Positions 1 through 10,518 of a stretch of 64,000 nucleotides of DNA are shown here, one piece after another. The notes under the pieces were generated by a model. The model was given only the letters and a program-made list of their open reading frames with translations, did no database searches and was not told the DNA's origin. How positions within the stretch are numbered: position 1 is the stretch's first letter; every line of letters starts with the position of its first letter. The stretch covers positions 1 to 64,000 of the forward strand of contig CBFIAK010000001.1 of NCBI GenBank assembly GCA_965660445.1, in the 5' to 3' direction. The stretch comes from Patescibacteria group bacterium (GTDB lineage Bacteria > Patescibacteriota > Gracilibacteria > UBA4473). The position numbers and the translations under genes are program-made.

Positions 1-1
1 A

Positions 2-1885
2 CCGACTGGTATTCTTGGAAACCGATCATTTGTATCGAGTTTGAATCCCATGAAAACTGATGAGCAAGACAAACTGTATGACAAATTATACAGAGCAGAG
101 GGATTATTGGCATCTGATATGGAAAAGTTTGAGTCTTCTTCTATTTTGAGTCCAGAAGATCGAAAAATACAAGAAGAAGCTATGGTTGCCTATTTATGTG
201 CCATTGGAGTACAAATGGTTCCCTATCTTGGAATAGGAGCATCAGTGCCAGTGGATATAGAAGATATGTTTTCAGATACCGATGCAACGCTTGAAAACCT
301 CAAACGAGCAGGAATTGTGAATGATGATTTTCAGATTGATAAAAAATGGTACGATAAAGCGTTGGCGGGTGTGGGAATTGCGGGAACAGGACTCGCGTTA
401 ACATTTACTGCAGGAATGGGACAGTCTTTGTCTCGAATGATGGTAAAAGGGCACAAGCTCAAAAAAGCAATGAAAATTGTTCGTTCGATGAATCGATCAA
501 ATGTAGAAGAAATCGCTCATGCCATTGCTCGTAAATCCGGTGCTTCTCAAGAAGCAACTCAATGGGTTTTAGATTCTTTTTTAGGAAGTAAGAAGAAAGA
601 TATATTCACAAAAGATATTCGAACACTTTCGCAAACAGAAAGAGAAAGAGTAAAAAAAGATATATATAACAAAATTCAAAATACACACGCCGAAAAAAAC
701 AAAACCCATAACATAGATCAAAAAAAACAGCTTGAGAGCCATATTAGAGTACTCAATAATGAATATCGAAAACTCAGTCTCGATTGGAATACGATTCAAA
801 AAAATCTACATCTCAATAAAACAGAAAGACTCGCCGAAGCATCAAAAATACTTAAACGACCGATTTCAAAAAAAGAAGAAGAAACAATCTTAAAAGCTCA
901 CAATATTGTATTTGGGGAAAATATACAGAAAGGACTTATTCTGAGGCGTATATTTTCAAAAGAAGAGACCCAAACATTGATGGACAAAGGGATCACTGGA
1001 CTTCCTGCGCATACCTACACAAACATAAATAAAGAGCTCAGTACTGAAATATTACGGATATTCAAACAAGGAAAGGTTGTTGAACTGAATAAATCCATAA
1101 ATGTATTGTGGAAAGGAAAACCAAATGAGTATGTAGAAATATGTGAATACTCAAAAGATGGGAAAAAAATACCTCAATTATATCTCCAAAGAGATAAGGA
1201 CGATATTATTGTTTGGAATGCAAAAGAAGAAAATAAATTTTTAATCGTTCATCAAGATGGAACCTATTCCATCCCTCATAATGAATCAGTGCCACAACCA
1301 AAGAATGAAATTCAAATGCATTTATATCTTGATAATGTTGATAACGAAAATGGATACCTCGGAGCAAAAGTAGATTTAAGACTCAATAAAGAATCAAATC
1401 GAATGCGTCTTGGTGTGGGATCAAGTCGAAAACCTTTATTTGTACAACGAAAATATAGATCCGATATCACATCCAATACAGAATTTATAAAAAAAGAAAA
1501 CCAACTTTTGTCTTATTTATTAACAATTAAAGGTCATGCAAAATTGCAAACAGACGGTATTATTGAAACAACAATAGAAAATAAAAAAATAATACTCGAT
1601 ATGACAAAAGATCGAAAAGCGCTTATTCAAGAAAATGCCGAAGGAGGAATTACGCTTTCTGAATTTATAAAAGGAAAAATAATACCAAAAGCAAAAATAC
1701 ACCCCAAAAAACCAACACAAGTATGGAACCCACTTACATCACACTGGGTACAAAAAAGAGAAGTTGGAACGTTTCTCTTCACACAAGGAGTAAATGCACC
1801 ACACGCCATACACATAACATTGAATGGAGAAAATAAAATCCAATTTAAAAATACAGCTCATGCACTTGATATCTACGCACAATAA
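2..1885 (+). CDS. Large hypothetical protein, 5'-truncated by the window edge; contains a pre-toxin-TG-like segment (polymorphic-toxin-like architecture)
   Basis: The frame is open from base 2 through the ORF-track start (41) to TAA at 1885. The segment MVPYLGIGASVPVDIEDMF...KKWYDKALAGVGIAGTG resembles pre-toxin TG-type motifs (by eye). Confidence 0.6.
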   Translation, partial: PTGILGNRSFVSSLNPMKTDEQDKLYDKLYRAEGLLASDMEKFESSSILSPEDRKIQEEAMVAYLCAIGVQMVPYLGIGASVPVDIEDMFSDTDATLENLKRAGIVNDDFQIDKKWYDKALAGVGIAGTGLALTFTAGMGQSLSRMMVKGHKLKKAMKIVRSMNRSNVEEIAHAIARKSGASQEATQWVLDSFLGSKKKDIFTKDIRTLSQTERERVKKDIYNKIQNTHAEKNKTHNIDQKKQLESHIRVLNNEYRKLSLDWNTIQKNLHLNKTERLAEASKILKRPISKKEEETILKAHNIVFGENIQKGLILRRIFSKEETQTLMDKGITGLPAHTYTNINKELSTEILRIFKQGKVVELNKSINVLWKGKPNEYVEICEYSKDGKKIPQLYLQRDKDDIIVWNAKEENKFLIVHQDGTYSIPHNESVPQPKNEIQMHLYLDNVDNENGYLGAKVDLRLNKESNRMRLGVGSSRKPLFVQRKYRSDITSNTEFIKKENQLLSYLLTIKGHAKLQTDGIIETTIENKKIILDMTKDRKALIQENAEGGITLSEFIKGKIIPKAKIHPKKPTQVWNPLTSHWVQKREVGTFLFTQGVNAPHAIHITLNGENKIQFKNTAHALDIYAQ

Positions 1886-1890
1886 AAAAA

Positions 1891-2256
1891 CTATAGTTTA
1901 TACGGATCAATACCTTCTTCTTCTGGAATAAAAAAAATAACACTGGGTTGTTTCATTATTTCACGAATAACCGAATGATCTGAAACTTCTGTCCATTCTT
2001 TTTGTTCTGTATTCCATTCATAAAAAAGAGTTTCAGAATGAGAAAACACAAAATAACGATCTGGAAAAGAAGAAAACGAACAATACGTATACTGCGTTTC
2101 TTTTTCCTGTTTTTCCTGTAAAGATTGTTCTACAGCATCACATACTTTTCTTTTTTCTATTTCTATACAAGAGTGAGATAAATCTTGTGATCGACGATAA
2201 ATATCATCCGAAATAGGATACACATTCAATGGACGATCAAAAGAAACCTTTTTCAT
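1891..2256 (-). CDS. Hypothetical protein (121 aa)
   Basis: ATG-started ORF filling the gap downstream of elp3; no recognisable family. Confidence 0.65.
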   Translation of the reverse strand: MKKVSFDRPLNVYPISDDIYRRSQDLSHSCIEIEKRKVCDAVEQSLQEKQEKETQYTYCSFSSFPDRYFVFSHSETLFYEWNTEQKEWTEVSDHSVIREIMKQPSVIFFIPEEEGIDPYKL

Positions 2257-2293
2257 ACAAAAAAAACAATAAAATAAAACAAGAAAAAGTCAA

Positions 2294-3991
2294 CTACCTT
2301 GGAATCTGTTTTGTCATATAAGTTTGTTTGAGTTCATATCCCCATTTTCGGTAATATTCTCGTGTGCCAACACCAGCAATGATGGTCACTCTTTTCATAT
2401 GCCATTCATCACGAGCAATACGTTCTGCTTCTTGAATCAATCGTTTTCCAAACCCTCGATGTTGAGCCACGCCCTCACCTTCTCCAACAGAAATTTCTGT
2501 CCCATATGAATGAACTTCCCGAATAAGTGCGGCATCACATAGCACAGATCGAAAGAATTGAGGTTTTGTATCACTCGGTTTACGCAGTCTTAGTAAAGCA
2601 AAAAGATGTTTTTTATCTGGAGACTCAAAACTGAGGAATGTTTCCAATCCATCAGAAGCCTTATAATCACGACGCACAAGCACCGGTTCTATTGATTTTT
2701 CTCGTTCTGCAAAATCAGAAAACCCAATTTCACGAAACCGAATATCTCGACATGCATAACCTTTTTCTGCTAATTTATGGGATTGATAAAACTCATCTCC
2801 AACGACTTCTTTGAGTTTTTTAGGTTGGTCGTTTAGAATTTGTCGAAGATTTGAAAACCGAGCCCCATCAACAATATTAGAAAGGGGAATATCACGCATC
2901 AATCGCATTACCCGAACCCATTCGGGAACAAATGTTTGAAACTGAACCAGTAAACGAACTAAATCCTGATCATTCAACGGTTTATATTTCCCTTCATCCC
3001 ACCATTTCTTCAGTTCTGCCGTTTCAATAACCACACACGGATATATTTTTACAAAATCAGGACAAAAATCAGGATTCTCAAACACTTCTCGCATCCATAC
3101 TAAATCACGCTCAATAGTAGATCCGGGGAGTCCGGGCATCAAATGAAAACAAACCTTGAATCCATAATCTTTCATGAGTTTCATAGCTTTGACAACATGC
3201 GTTCGAAAATGTCCTCTTTTCGTTAATTTTTGTACATCATCATCAAGGGTCTGAACCCCAATCTCAATACGAGTACACCCATATTCCCGCATACGTTTAA
3301 GTTCTTTCTCAGTAATAAAATCTGGACGAGTTTCGAGCGTAAGTCCAATAATACGGTGTTCTGCTGTTTCATTTTGAGATTGCACAACTCCCATAGACTG
3401 AACACCTGCTAATTTTTCTCGTTTTGCAGACGGAAAATTATTTGCCGCTTCGAAGCACCGCCGAATATACCAATGTTGATATGCATGAGGTAAAAAACTC
3501 CACGTCCCCCCCATAACGATAATTTCGAGTTTTGAAATTGGATGTCCTGATTCTTTCAATGCCATCATCCGGCTATTGACTTGTGCGTAAGGATGAAATT
3601 TATTTCGTAATGCTCGAGCTGCTGCTGGCTGAGTCGCAATATAACTTTTAGGCATTCTGTCTTCCGTTGGGCAATACACACATCGCCCTGGACACGGATA
3701 AGGTTTGGTTAAAATCCCAATCGGTGTTACGCCTGAAATAGTGCGCACTGATCGCTTTTGAAGCAATCGCTCTAATAATGCAGGAATCTTTTCATGAGGT
3801 TTGATAACCGCCAATATATCTCTATTGAGTATTGTTTCTATTCCTTCTGTTTTTGAAAACGCATATTTTCGTTGTTCCAATACTTTTTTATTGGGCGGAA
3901 TATCCGCACACAACTGATCATAAAACAACCGTACTTTTTCTGGATTTTCTACTGTTTGCCGTACCCCAAATATTTTTTGTTTTTTTACCAT
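2294..3991 (-). CDS. elp3: Elp3-family radical SAM/acetyltransferase (tRNA U34 carboxymethyltransferase)
   Basis: RTISGV, CPGRCVYCP (CxxxCxxC), MGGTW, ETRPD, E(I)GVQ, C-terminal GNAT with REVHSYG and QHRGFG. Start moved to MVKKQK (3991); 4006 is an alternative. Confidence 0.93.
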   Translation of the reverse strand: MVKKQKIFGVRQTVENPEKVRLFYDQLCADIPPNKKVLEQRKYAFSKTEGIETILNRDILAVIKPHEKIPALLERLLQKRSVRTISGVTPIGILTKPYPCPGRCVYCPTEDRMPKSYIATQPAAARALRNKFHPYAQVNSRMMALKESGHPISKLEIIVMGGTWSFLPHAYQHWYIRRCFEAANNFPSAKREKLAGVQSMGVVQSQNETAEHRIIGLTLETRPDFITEKELKRMREYGCTRIEIGVQTLDDDVQKLTKRGHFRTHVVKAMKLMKDYGFKVCFHLMPGLPGSTIERDLVWMREVFENPDFCPDFVKIYPCVVIETAELKKWWDEGKYKPLNDQDLVRLLVQFQTFVPEWVRVMRLMRDIPLSNIVDGARFSNLRQILNDQPKKLKEVVGDEFYQSHKLAEKGYACRDIRFREIGFSDFAEREKSIEPVLVRRDYKASDGLETFLSFESPDKKHLFALLRLRKPSDTKPQFFRSVLCDAALIREVHSYGTEISVGEGEGVAQHRGFGKRLIQEAERIARDEWHMKRVTIIAGVGTREYYRKWGYELKQTYMTKQIPR

Positions 3992-4147
3992 ACGCAAAAG
4001 ACTCATAAATGCGGTCACAATGTACCGAAAATAAAAAGCATTGCAAGTTCTAATAAGAAAGAAAGAAATTGACAATAAATGTCAAAAAATGTATTAATAC
4101 AAACAGAAAAAAAGATCTTTCACAGCAACATAAAAAAGGAGTTATAC

Positions 4148-4822
4148 ATGAATCCGATCCTTAAAAAAATCGGTGTCTTGGGGGGACTTATTACACTAGG
4201 AGCTTTCCTAATAATACTGGCACTCCACCAGAAAAATCAGGAAAGCAAGAAAAAAATACTCCTTCATACAATTGAGTATGAGGGATTGAATTATAACCGA
4301 GTGGAAGTGTATCGGATGATACTCAAACTATCCGATATATTTACTCATGAATCAAAACTCGATCGCTCGATACATACTCGAGAAGTTATAATTGATGTCA
4401 GGGATGACATCATGAAAGAATATCCTCAGTTTTTTGACTGGAATAAGTCAACATCTTGGATATTTTATTCCAGTAACACACAAGTACAAATCAATGGTCC
4501 CTACACTGAACTAGGAATGCCTATTGAAACGGTTGATCTTGATATACTTGATTCTTTGTATGCTTTTGTAAAATTCAACAAAGCATATGAAGAGGAAAAT
4601 CAAATATACGCCAAAATAAGAGTCCTCCAACAAACATTCTCAGACCATATATTTCATCGTCAACATATTGTGTATGTTCGAAATGAAATTATGTCGTACT
4701 ATGCTGATGCTTTCTCATTAGAAAAAAAAACTATATGGAAAGCTCAAAACGAACAATATATTTTTATTGGTCCGTTTGATACACAAAACAGATCAATAAT
4801 AAAACAAAACGCATCACCTTGA
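4148..4822 (+). CDS. Membrane-anchored hypothetical protein with an internal domain duplication
   Basis: AAGGAG SD before ATG 4148; N-terminal TM (IGVLGGLITLGAFLIILAL); two similar ~60-aa units ending INGPY / FIGPF. Confidence 0.75.
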   Translation: MNPILKKIGVLGGLITLGAFLIILALHQKNQESKKKILLHTIEYEGLNYNRVEVYRMILKLSDIFTHESKLDRSIHTREVIIDVRDDIMKEYPQFFDWNKSTSWIFYSSNTQVQINGPYTELGMPIETVDLDILDSLYAFVKFNKAYEEENQIYAKIRVLQQTFSDHIFHRQHIVYVRNEIMSYYADAFSLEKKTIWKAQNEQYIFIGPFDTQNRSIIKQNASP

Positions 4823-4834
4823 TGCGTTTTTTTT
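4806..4834. terminator. Intrinsic, probably bidirectional, terminator between convergent genes
   Basis: AAAACGCATCA-cct-TGATGCGTTTT followed by a T run. Confidence 0.8.
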
Positions 4835-4850
4835 CTGTGCTTTTTTTGAA

Positions 4851-5789
4851 TTATGATCGTGTTTTTCCAACGGATCCAAGGACATGTATTTTATGTTCTA
4901 CCATTTTTTGAATCTCATCACGCGCCGGTCCGAGATATTTTCGAGGATCAAATTCAGCAGGTGTTTCCATAAACACTTTTCGAATCATAGCCGTCATAAC
5001 AAGTCGCAAATCCGTATCAATATTCACTTTTGACACTCCATATTTTACAGCTTCAGAGATAGTTGATTCCTCAACACCACGCGCCCCATCAAGTTGCCCT
5101 CCATATTTATTGATAAGTGCAACATATTCTTGTGGCACACTTGAAGACCCATGCATCACCAAAGGAACCTCCGGAAGACGATCAGTTAACACCTTCACTC
5201 GGTCAACATCAACTCTTCCATCACTTGAAAATTTGTAGGCTCCATGTGACGTTCCAATTGCACAAGCTAACGTATCACATCCTGTTTGAGCAATAAAATC
5301 AACCGCTTCATCAGGATCCGTTAATCGTGCATCTTTTTCGTCCACCGAAACATGCTCTTCAATTCCCCCCAATACGCCTAATTCCGCTTCAACAATAACA
5401 CCCCTACTATGAGCAAAATCAACAACTTCTTTCGTCATGCGAACATTTTCTGCATACGGTTTACTACTTGCATCAATCATAACAGAGGTAAACCCCGCTT
5501 CAATAGCACTACGACAAATATCAAAATTTGCTCCGTGATCTTGATGAACGATAATCGGCACTTTTGGATATTGAGCCGAAACACTCCGAACAATATCAAC
5601 TAAAACATTCGTTTGTGCATACGCACGCGCACCAGAAGATAATTGTAAAATAACAGGCGCGTTTTGTGCATTATGAGCAGCAACAATCGCTTGTGTAATT
5701 TCCATATTATTAACATTGAATCCTCCAAGCGCATATCCTCCATAATAAGCGTCCATCAAAAGGTCTTTTGGGTTTTGAACAATAGGCAT
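4851..5789 (-). CDS. fba: Fructose-1,6-bisphosphate aldolase class II
   Basis: HQDHG, FTSVMIDAS, EAELG, GTSHGAYK, VMHGSS, KVNIDTD, FDPRKYL. Confidence 0.96.
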   Translation of the reverse strand: MPIVQNPKDLLMDAYYGGYALGGFNVNNMEITQAIVAAHNAQNAPVILQLSSGARAYAQTNVLVDIVRSVSAQYPKVPIIVHQDHGANFDICRSAIEAGFTSVMIDASSKPYAENVRMTKEVVDFAHSRGVIVEAELGVLGGIEEHVSVDEKDARLTDPDEAVDFIAQTGCDTLACAIGTSHGAYKFSSDGRVDVDRVKVLTDRLPEVPLVMHGSSSVPQEYVALINKYGGQLDGARGVEESTISEAVKYGVSKVNIDTDLRLVMTAMIRKVFMETPAEFDPRKYLGPARDEIQKMVEHKIHVLGSVGKTRS

Positions 5790-5905
5790 AGCAAATAATT
5801 TTTAAAAAACACATATATTTTGACAAAACTCATAAGAAAACACAAGCACAAAAACATTGCTTTACGCAAAAAAAATAATAGAATAATAATGGATATTTTT
5901 ATCTC

Positions 5906-8113
5906 ATGAATAGAATACAACGCCTTTTCTTCCGATACGGAGCGCTAAGTATCGCTTTATGCGTGGTATCTTTATCAACAGCATTCGCATCTCCTTTTTT
6001 AGCGGTAAACAACGCACGAGCCGGACAAGATGTTCCTTTTCGAGCATCAAACCTACACAGCAACGAAATAGTAGACATCCTTTTAACACGACCACAAAAC
6101 GCTCCTATTGCATTTCAAGCACAAGCAGATATTGATGGCATCCTTACTCATACTATTCATTCTCTGCATACCAAAAAAAGTGGTGAATACACACTCACAA
6201 TCCAAAGATCGATTGCTCCTCAAGTACAAAAAACAATAACTGTATTTCCGGGAACAGTTTCTTCTTATACTTCACAAATACAACTTTCTCATCATACAGC
6301 CTCTGCAAATAATCAAGAATCTATTGATGTAGAAATTCAACTACGTGATGCATTTGAAAATCCTATTCCTCAAGAAAGTGTTCGTATAATTTCTTCTCGA
6401 AACGAAGACCGAATAACACTTCACACCCCTCGAACAGACCATAATGGAAAGATAAGCGCGTCTATTCAATCCGAAAAAGCAGGAAGTTCTACATTATCTG
6501 TACTCGCACAAGGAAATGTGCTTTTTCAGAAACCAAACATCGTTTTTTATGTAAACACCCCTAACACACTTTCTTTTAGTGGAAGTTCTGGAAACCCTCG
6601 ATACGCTGATTTCTTACGAGCACAAATTTTTGGAGACTCAGAAATATCGCAAGCGAGCTATCTTACTATTGAATCCATTCCTGCTGAAGCACAGCTCAAT
6701 GAAACGATTACCTTTACGGTTACAGCGAGAGACATAAACGGAGAAATTGTTCCAACCTATCAAGGGACCGTTCGATTTAATACTCCAAACGATTCACGAT
6801 CGGTGCTTCCCTCACAATATACATTCACAAAAGATGACCAAGGGCAACATACATTTTTTCTCGCGGCATCATTTGGAACCACTGGACAACAAACATTTGA
6901 AGTACATGATCTCGACGATTTTCGTATTGCAGGAGAGGCAAACCTAAACATCACACGAGGATCAAGTATTCCTGAACGTCCTTCAAACCCAGCTCTACAA
7001 ATAACAGCACCACTCCCAGGGAAATACCAAACAAATCGAGTAACGATAACAGGAACTGCTCAAGATGTAGAATCAGTTCGTATTGTTGACGGTATGTATG
7101 AACTCGTCACAAATCTTGAAGTAGATGATAATGGAAATTTTGTGTTCCAAACACCACGACTCGGTGATGGAGTTCATATTTTCCAAGTATTTGATATGTA
7201 TTCTGATCTAAGCTCTGAAACAGTAGAAATCGAGATTGATTCATCACCACCAAACACTATAACAGTGAGTACTGAACCAGAACTCCCCTTCTCTCCAGGA
7301 CAAGAATTCCAAGTCATTGTCTCTTCTAATGAATCACTCGCATCGGCAAGTGCTATTTATCAAGACGTACTCACCCAACTTATACCCTCTAATACCGATT
7401 ACGTACGAACTCTTACCGCCCCTCTCACTCCAGGAGAATACCCTGTGCACGTACTCGCATCAGATATGCTCGGGAATGAAATTCGAAAAGACAATGCTCT
7501 TGTTATTATCATTCAAGCAGAAGAAGAAAAAAATGAACCAGAAGACCTTCAGCCAACTGCTCCAAAAGAACCATTGGGGGGGGTAAGAAATGTACAAGCA
7601 CAAAGAGGAGATGGGCGCATCACATTACTTTGGTCACCACCTCAAAGCGGAGAAGCAACTCAATATAAAATCGAATTTGCTCAAACTCCTCTCTTTACGG
7701 AACCATCAACAGAAGAAGGTGATATTGGAATTTTTGACGAACTGTTTAGTAGCCCTTCTCAAAACCAAGATGATCCTTTTCTGCCATTGTTGGAAGATGA
7801 GGAATCTCAAATAAATGAGAAATCAATGCTTAATTTTGATCAATTCAATATTACACCTGACAACCGTGTACAATGGTATGTTGATAATCTCGAAGACAAT
7901 AAAAAATATTATTTTCGCGTACGAGCTATTGACAAAGACGGCATCGAAGGGCCTGCAAGCGATATTATAGAAGAAATTACAAACGGTGCGGCACAGTCGC
8001 TTATACCACAAGAAACGCCTGTCACTGGAAATGGAGGAACGGTCATTGCTCTTATAGTGGGAATTATTCTTTTTGGAGGTCTTTTGCTTTATCGGCGACG
8101 ATCACAAATTTAA
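5906..8113 (+). CDS. Secreted surface protein with invasin/Ig-like and FN3 domains and a C-terminal LPxTG-like sorting signal
   Basis: Signal peptide; Big_1-like LRDAFENPI...TDHNG; FN3 (ITLLWSPP...YYFRVRA); C-terminus TPVTG + TM + RRR. Confidence 0.8.
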   Translation: MNRIQRLFFRYGALSIALCVVSLSTAFASPFLAVNNARAGQDVPFRASNLHSNEIVDILLTRPQNAPIAFQAQADIDGILTHTIHSLHTKKSGEYTLTIQRSIAPQVQKTITVFPGTVSSYTSQIQLSHHTASANNQESIDVEIQLRDAFENPIPQESVRIISSRNEDRITLHTPRTDHNGKISASIQSEKAGSSTLSVLAQGNVLFQKPNIVFYVNTPNTLSFSGSSGNPRYADFLRAQIFGDSEISQASYLTIESIPAEAQLNETITFTVTARDINGEIVPTYQGTVRFNTPNDSRSVLPSQYTFTKDDQGQHTFFLAASFGTTGQQTFEVHDLDDFRIAGEANLNITRGSSIPERPSNPALQITAPLPGKYQTNRVTITGTAQDVESVRIVDGMYELVTNLEVDDNGNFVFQTPRLGDGVHIFQVFDMYSDLSSETVEIEIDSSPPNTITVSTEPELPFSPGQEFQVIVSSNESLASASAIYQDVLTQLIPSNTDYVRTLTAPLTPGEYPVHVLASDMLGNEIRKDNALVIIIQAEEEKNEPEDLQPTAPKEPLGGVRNVQAQRGDGRITLLWSPPQSGEATQYKIEFAQTPLFTEPSTEEGDIGIFDELFSSPSQNQDDPFLPLLEDEESQINEKSMLNFDQFNITPDNRVQWYVDNLEDNKKYYFRVRAIDKDGIEGPASDIIEEITNGAAQSLIPQETPVTGNGGTVIALIVGIILFGGLLLYRRRSQI

Positions 8114-8155
8114 AAGAATCAATATTGCACCAAAACGACAACAGGAGTATACTCT

Positions 8156-10480
8156 ATGCATATGTTTGGCAAAAAAAAGACAGCTCCAAAAATAAAGATT
8201 CCTTCTTCTGTCCTTAAAAAGGAGGCTCATAAAATTGCCAAAAAAATGATGGATCAGGAGACACAGAAAGAAAAAAAACGAATCTTACGAGAAAAAGCAC
8301 AAGCAAAAGCAAAACTCAAACTACAAAAACACAGAGAAAATCAAGAGAATTGGGAACCCTTGATAGACGATCACTTAAAAAGAGAAATATGGGGGGGAGG
8401 ATGGATTTTTTTCGGTATACTTCTTGGAGGTCTTCTCTTTTGGCACGAAACAAACTTTACCGCTTTTCTTGCAACCAAGATAATGGATATTTTTGGAGTT
8501 GGTGCATACACACTTCCAATTATTGCTATCAGTATAGGTACCTATTTAATCAAAGAAGAAGAATCATTTTTTCCACCGATTCGTGTTTTTTGTCTCGCTC
8601 TTGTTTTTACTTCCCTCTTAGGATTCGTACATTTATTTGTAGAAGCTGAAGAATCACTTTCAAGAGCCGATCAGTTTGGAGGGGCTATTGGATTTGCACT
8701 GAGTATTTTTCCTCGTCAGTTTCTTGGTGATTTCCTTGCTGGACTGCTCATGATTGGGTTGTTTTGGATATGTGCCATGATTGGATTTTCTCTTCGACTC
8801 TCTGATATACGACAATTCTTTTCTTCAAAAGACCAACCTGAAGAAACAGAAACCTCAAATAATAGACAAAAAACAAAAAAACGAGCAAATGAGATTGAAC
8901 CAGAAAAAGAATCTCTTTCTGACAAAGAACGGTTTCAAAACGAAGTCGAAATAATCGATTCAACAAAAAAAATAAAAGCCGAAGCGAATCAAACAATTCA
9001 ACTCGATAGCGAAGACGACGAATTCACACAAGCAAAAAACCGAGACTTATCTGGTGTTTGGGTTCCACCAAGTCTCGATTTACTCAAAGATGATATTGCG
9101 ACTATTCATGTAGATGAAAACGCTATTCGAAAAAAAGCGGAGATTATCCGAGAGAAACTTGAACAGTTTGGTATCTTGGTTGATATGAAATCAGTACACG
9201 TAGGACCAACCGTAACGCAATTTACCCTTGAGCCTTCTGCGGGAATCAAACTCACAAAAATAACAGCTCTTAAAAACGACTTAGCACTCGCACTAGCGGC
9301 AAAAAACCTTCGTATTGAAGCCCCTATTCCGGGAAAATCCTTAGTGGGTATAGAAATTCCAAATGAAGACAGAGCTATTGTGGGAATGCGAGAACTTCTT
9401 GAATCAGAAACGTGGCAAGAAAGCGACGAGCCTTTAACATTATGTCTGGGAAGAGATGTATCAGGAAAACCGTCTCTTATGGATTTAGCAAAAATGCCAC
9501 ACCTTCTTATTGCGGGAAAAACAGGATCGGGGAAATCGGTGGCGATGAATGCTTTCTTGTCATCTCTTTTATGGAGAAATGCTCCTGATAAACTCAAGCT
9601 TATTCTCATCGACCCAAAAAGAGTAGAACTGAGCATGTATAACAAACTTCCTCATTTACTCACCCCTGTAATCACAGAACCAGAGAAAGCGGTATCAGCG
9701 CTTGCATGGGCTGTGGCTGAAATGAACAAACGATACCGTATGTTTGAAAAAGCTCGATGCCGAAATATTGCCGAATACAATGAAAAGTTCCCTGAAAACC
9801 CAGAACCTCTTATTGTTATTGTGATTGACGAACTTGCAGACCTTATGATGGTTGCTGGAAAAGATGTTGAGGCAGCAATTTGCCGAATAGCGCAACTGGC
9901 GCGAGCTATTGGAATGCATCTCATCGTTGCCACACAAAGACCTTCTGTTGACGTCGTTACTGGACTTATTAAAGCAAACTTACCAGCACGAATTGCATTT
10001 AAAGTATCATCAGGAATCGATTCTCGAACAATACTAGATGCTGTTGGAGCTGAAGATCTCTTAGGGTTTGGGGATATGTTATCACTCGACGGAAATAGTG
10101 GTATTGTAACACGAATACAAGGTCTTTTTATCTCCAATCAAGAAGTCGAACGACTTACAAACCATATAAAACTCCAGTTTCCAGAAATGATTTCCAATGA
10201 TGCTATTACCAACCAATCAATCGAAGGTATGGCAAAAGGAGGCGTCCTTACCGCTGGAATAGAAACAAAAGAAATAAAAGATGAAGATCTTGATGAATTG
10301 TTTCAAGAAGCCGTAGAGGTTGTACTCGATAACAAGAAAGCATCAGCAAGTTTTTTACAAAGACGGCTTGAAATCGGGTATGCTCGTGCAGCACGAATAC
10401 TCGATCAAATGGAAAGCAAAGGGATTATAGGACCCTCAAAAGGAGCAAAAGCTCGTGAGATATTTGGAATCCAAGAATAA
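8156..10480 (+). CDS. ftsK: DNA translocase FtsK/SpoIIIE
   Basis: N-terminal TMs, PHLLIAGKTGSGKS, IDELADLM, ATQRPSVDV, gamma domain LQRRLEIGYARAAR. Confidence 0.97.
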   Translation: MHMFGKKKTAPKIKIPSSVLKKEAHKIAKKMMDQETQKEKKRILREKAQAKAKLKLQKHRENQENWEPLIDDHLKREIWGGGWIFFGILLGGLLFWHETNFTAFLATKIMDIFGVGAYTLPIIAISIGTYLIKEEESFFPPIRVFCLALVFTSLLGFVHLFVEAEESLSRADQFGGAIGFALSIFPRQFLGDFLAGLLMIGLFWICAMIGFSLRLSDIRQFFSSKDQPEETETSNNRQKTKKRANEIEPEKESLSDKERFQNEVEIIDSTKKIKAEANQTIQLDSEDDEFTQAKNRDLSGVWVPPSLDLLKDDIATIHVDENAIRKKAEIIREKLEQFGILVDMKSVHVGPTVTQFTLEPSAGIKLTKITALKNDLALALAAKNLRIEAPIPGKSLVGIEIPNEDRAIVGMRELLESETWQESDEPLTLCLGRDVSGKPSLMDLAKMPHLLIAGKTGSGKSVAMNAFLSSLLWRNAPDKLKLILIDPKRVELSMYNKLPHLLTPVITEPEKAVSALAWAVAEMNKRYRMFEKARCRNIAEYNEKFPENPEPLIVIVIDELADLMMVAGKDVEAAICRIAQLARAIGMHLIVATQRPSVDVVTGLIKANLPARIAFKVSSGIDSRTILDAVGAEDLLGFGDMLSLDGNSGIVTRIQGLFISNQEVERLTNHIKLQFPEMISNDAITNQSIEGMAKGGVLTAGIETKEIKDEDLDELFQEAVEVVLDNKKASASFLQRRLEIGYARAARILDQMESKGIIGPSKGAKAREIFGIQE

Positions 10481-10482
10481 AT

Positions 10483-10510
10483 TTGACGTTTCAGTTCAAA
10501 AATCGATAAT
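10483..10510 (+). promoter_or_regulatory. Sigma70-type promoter for the leader/attenuator
   Basis: TTGACG (10483-88), 16-nt spacer, GATAAT (10505-10); ATG of the leader peptide 8 nt downstream. Confidence 0.55.
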
Positions 10511-10518
10511 AAAAACAG

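Noticed and set aside
1891-2256. Immunity gene for the upstream toxin-like ORF
   Set aside because: It is convergent rather than co-transcribed and has no immunity-family features.
9106-10137. Long antisense ORFs inside ftsK (and similar ones within fusA, clpC, the PBP gene and others)
   Set aside because: Shadow ORFs fully overlapping well-conserved genes, with no motifs of their own.
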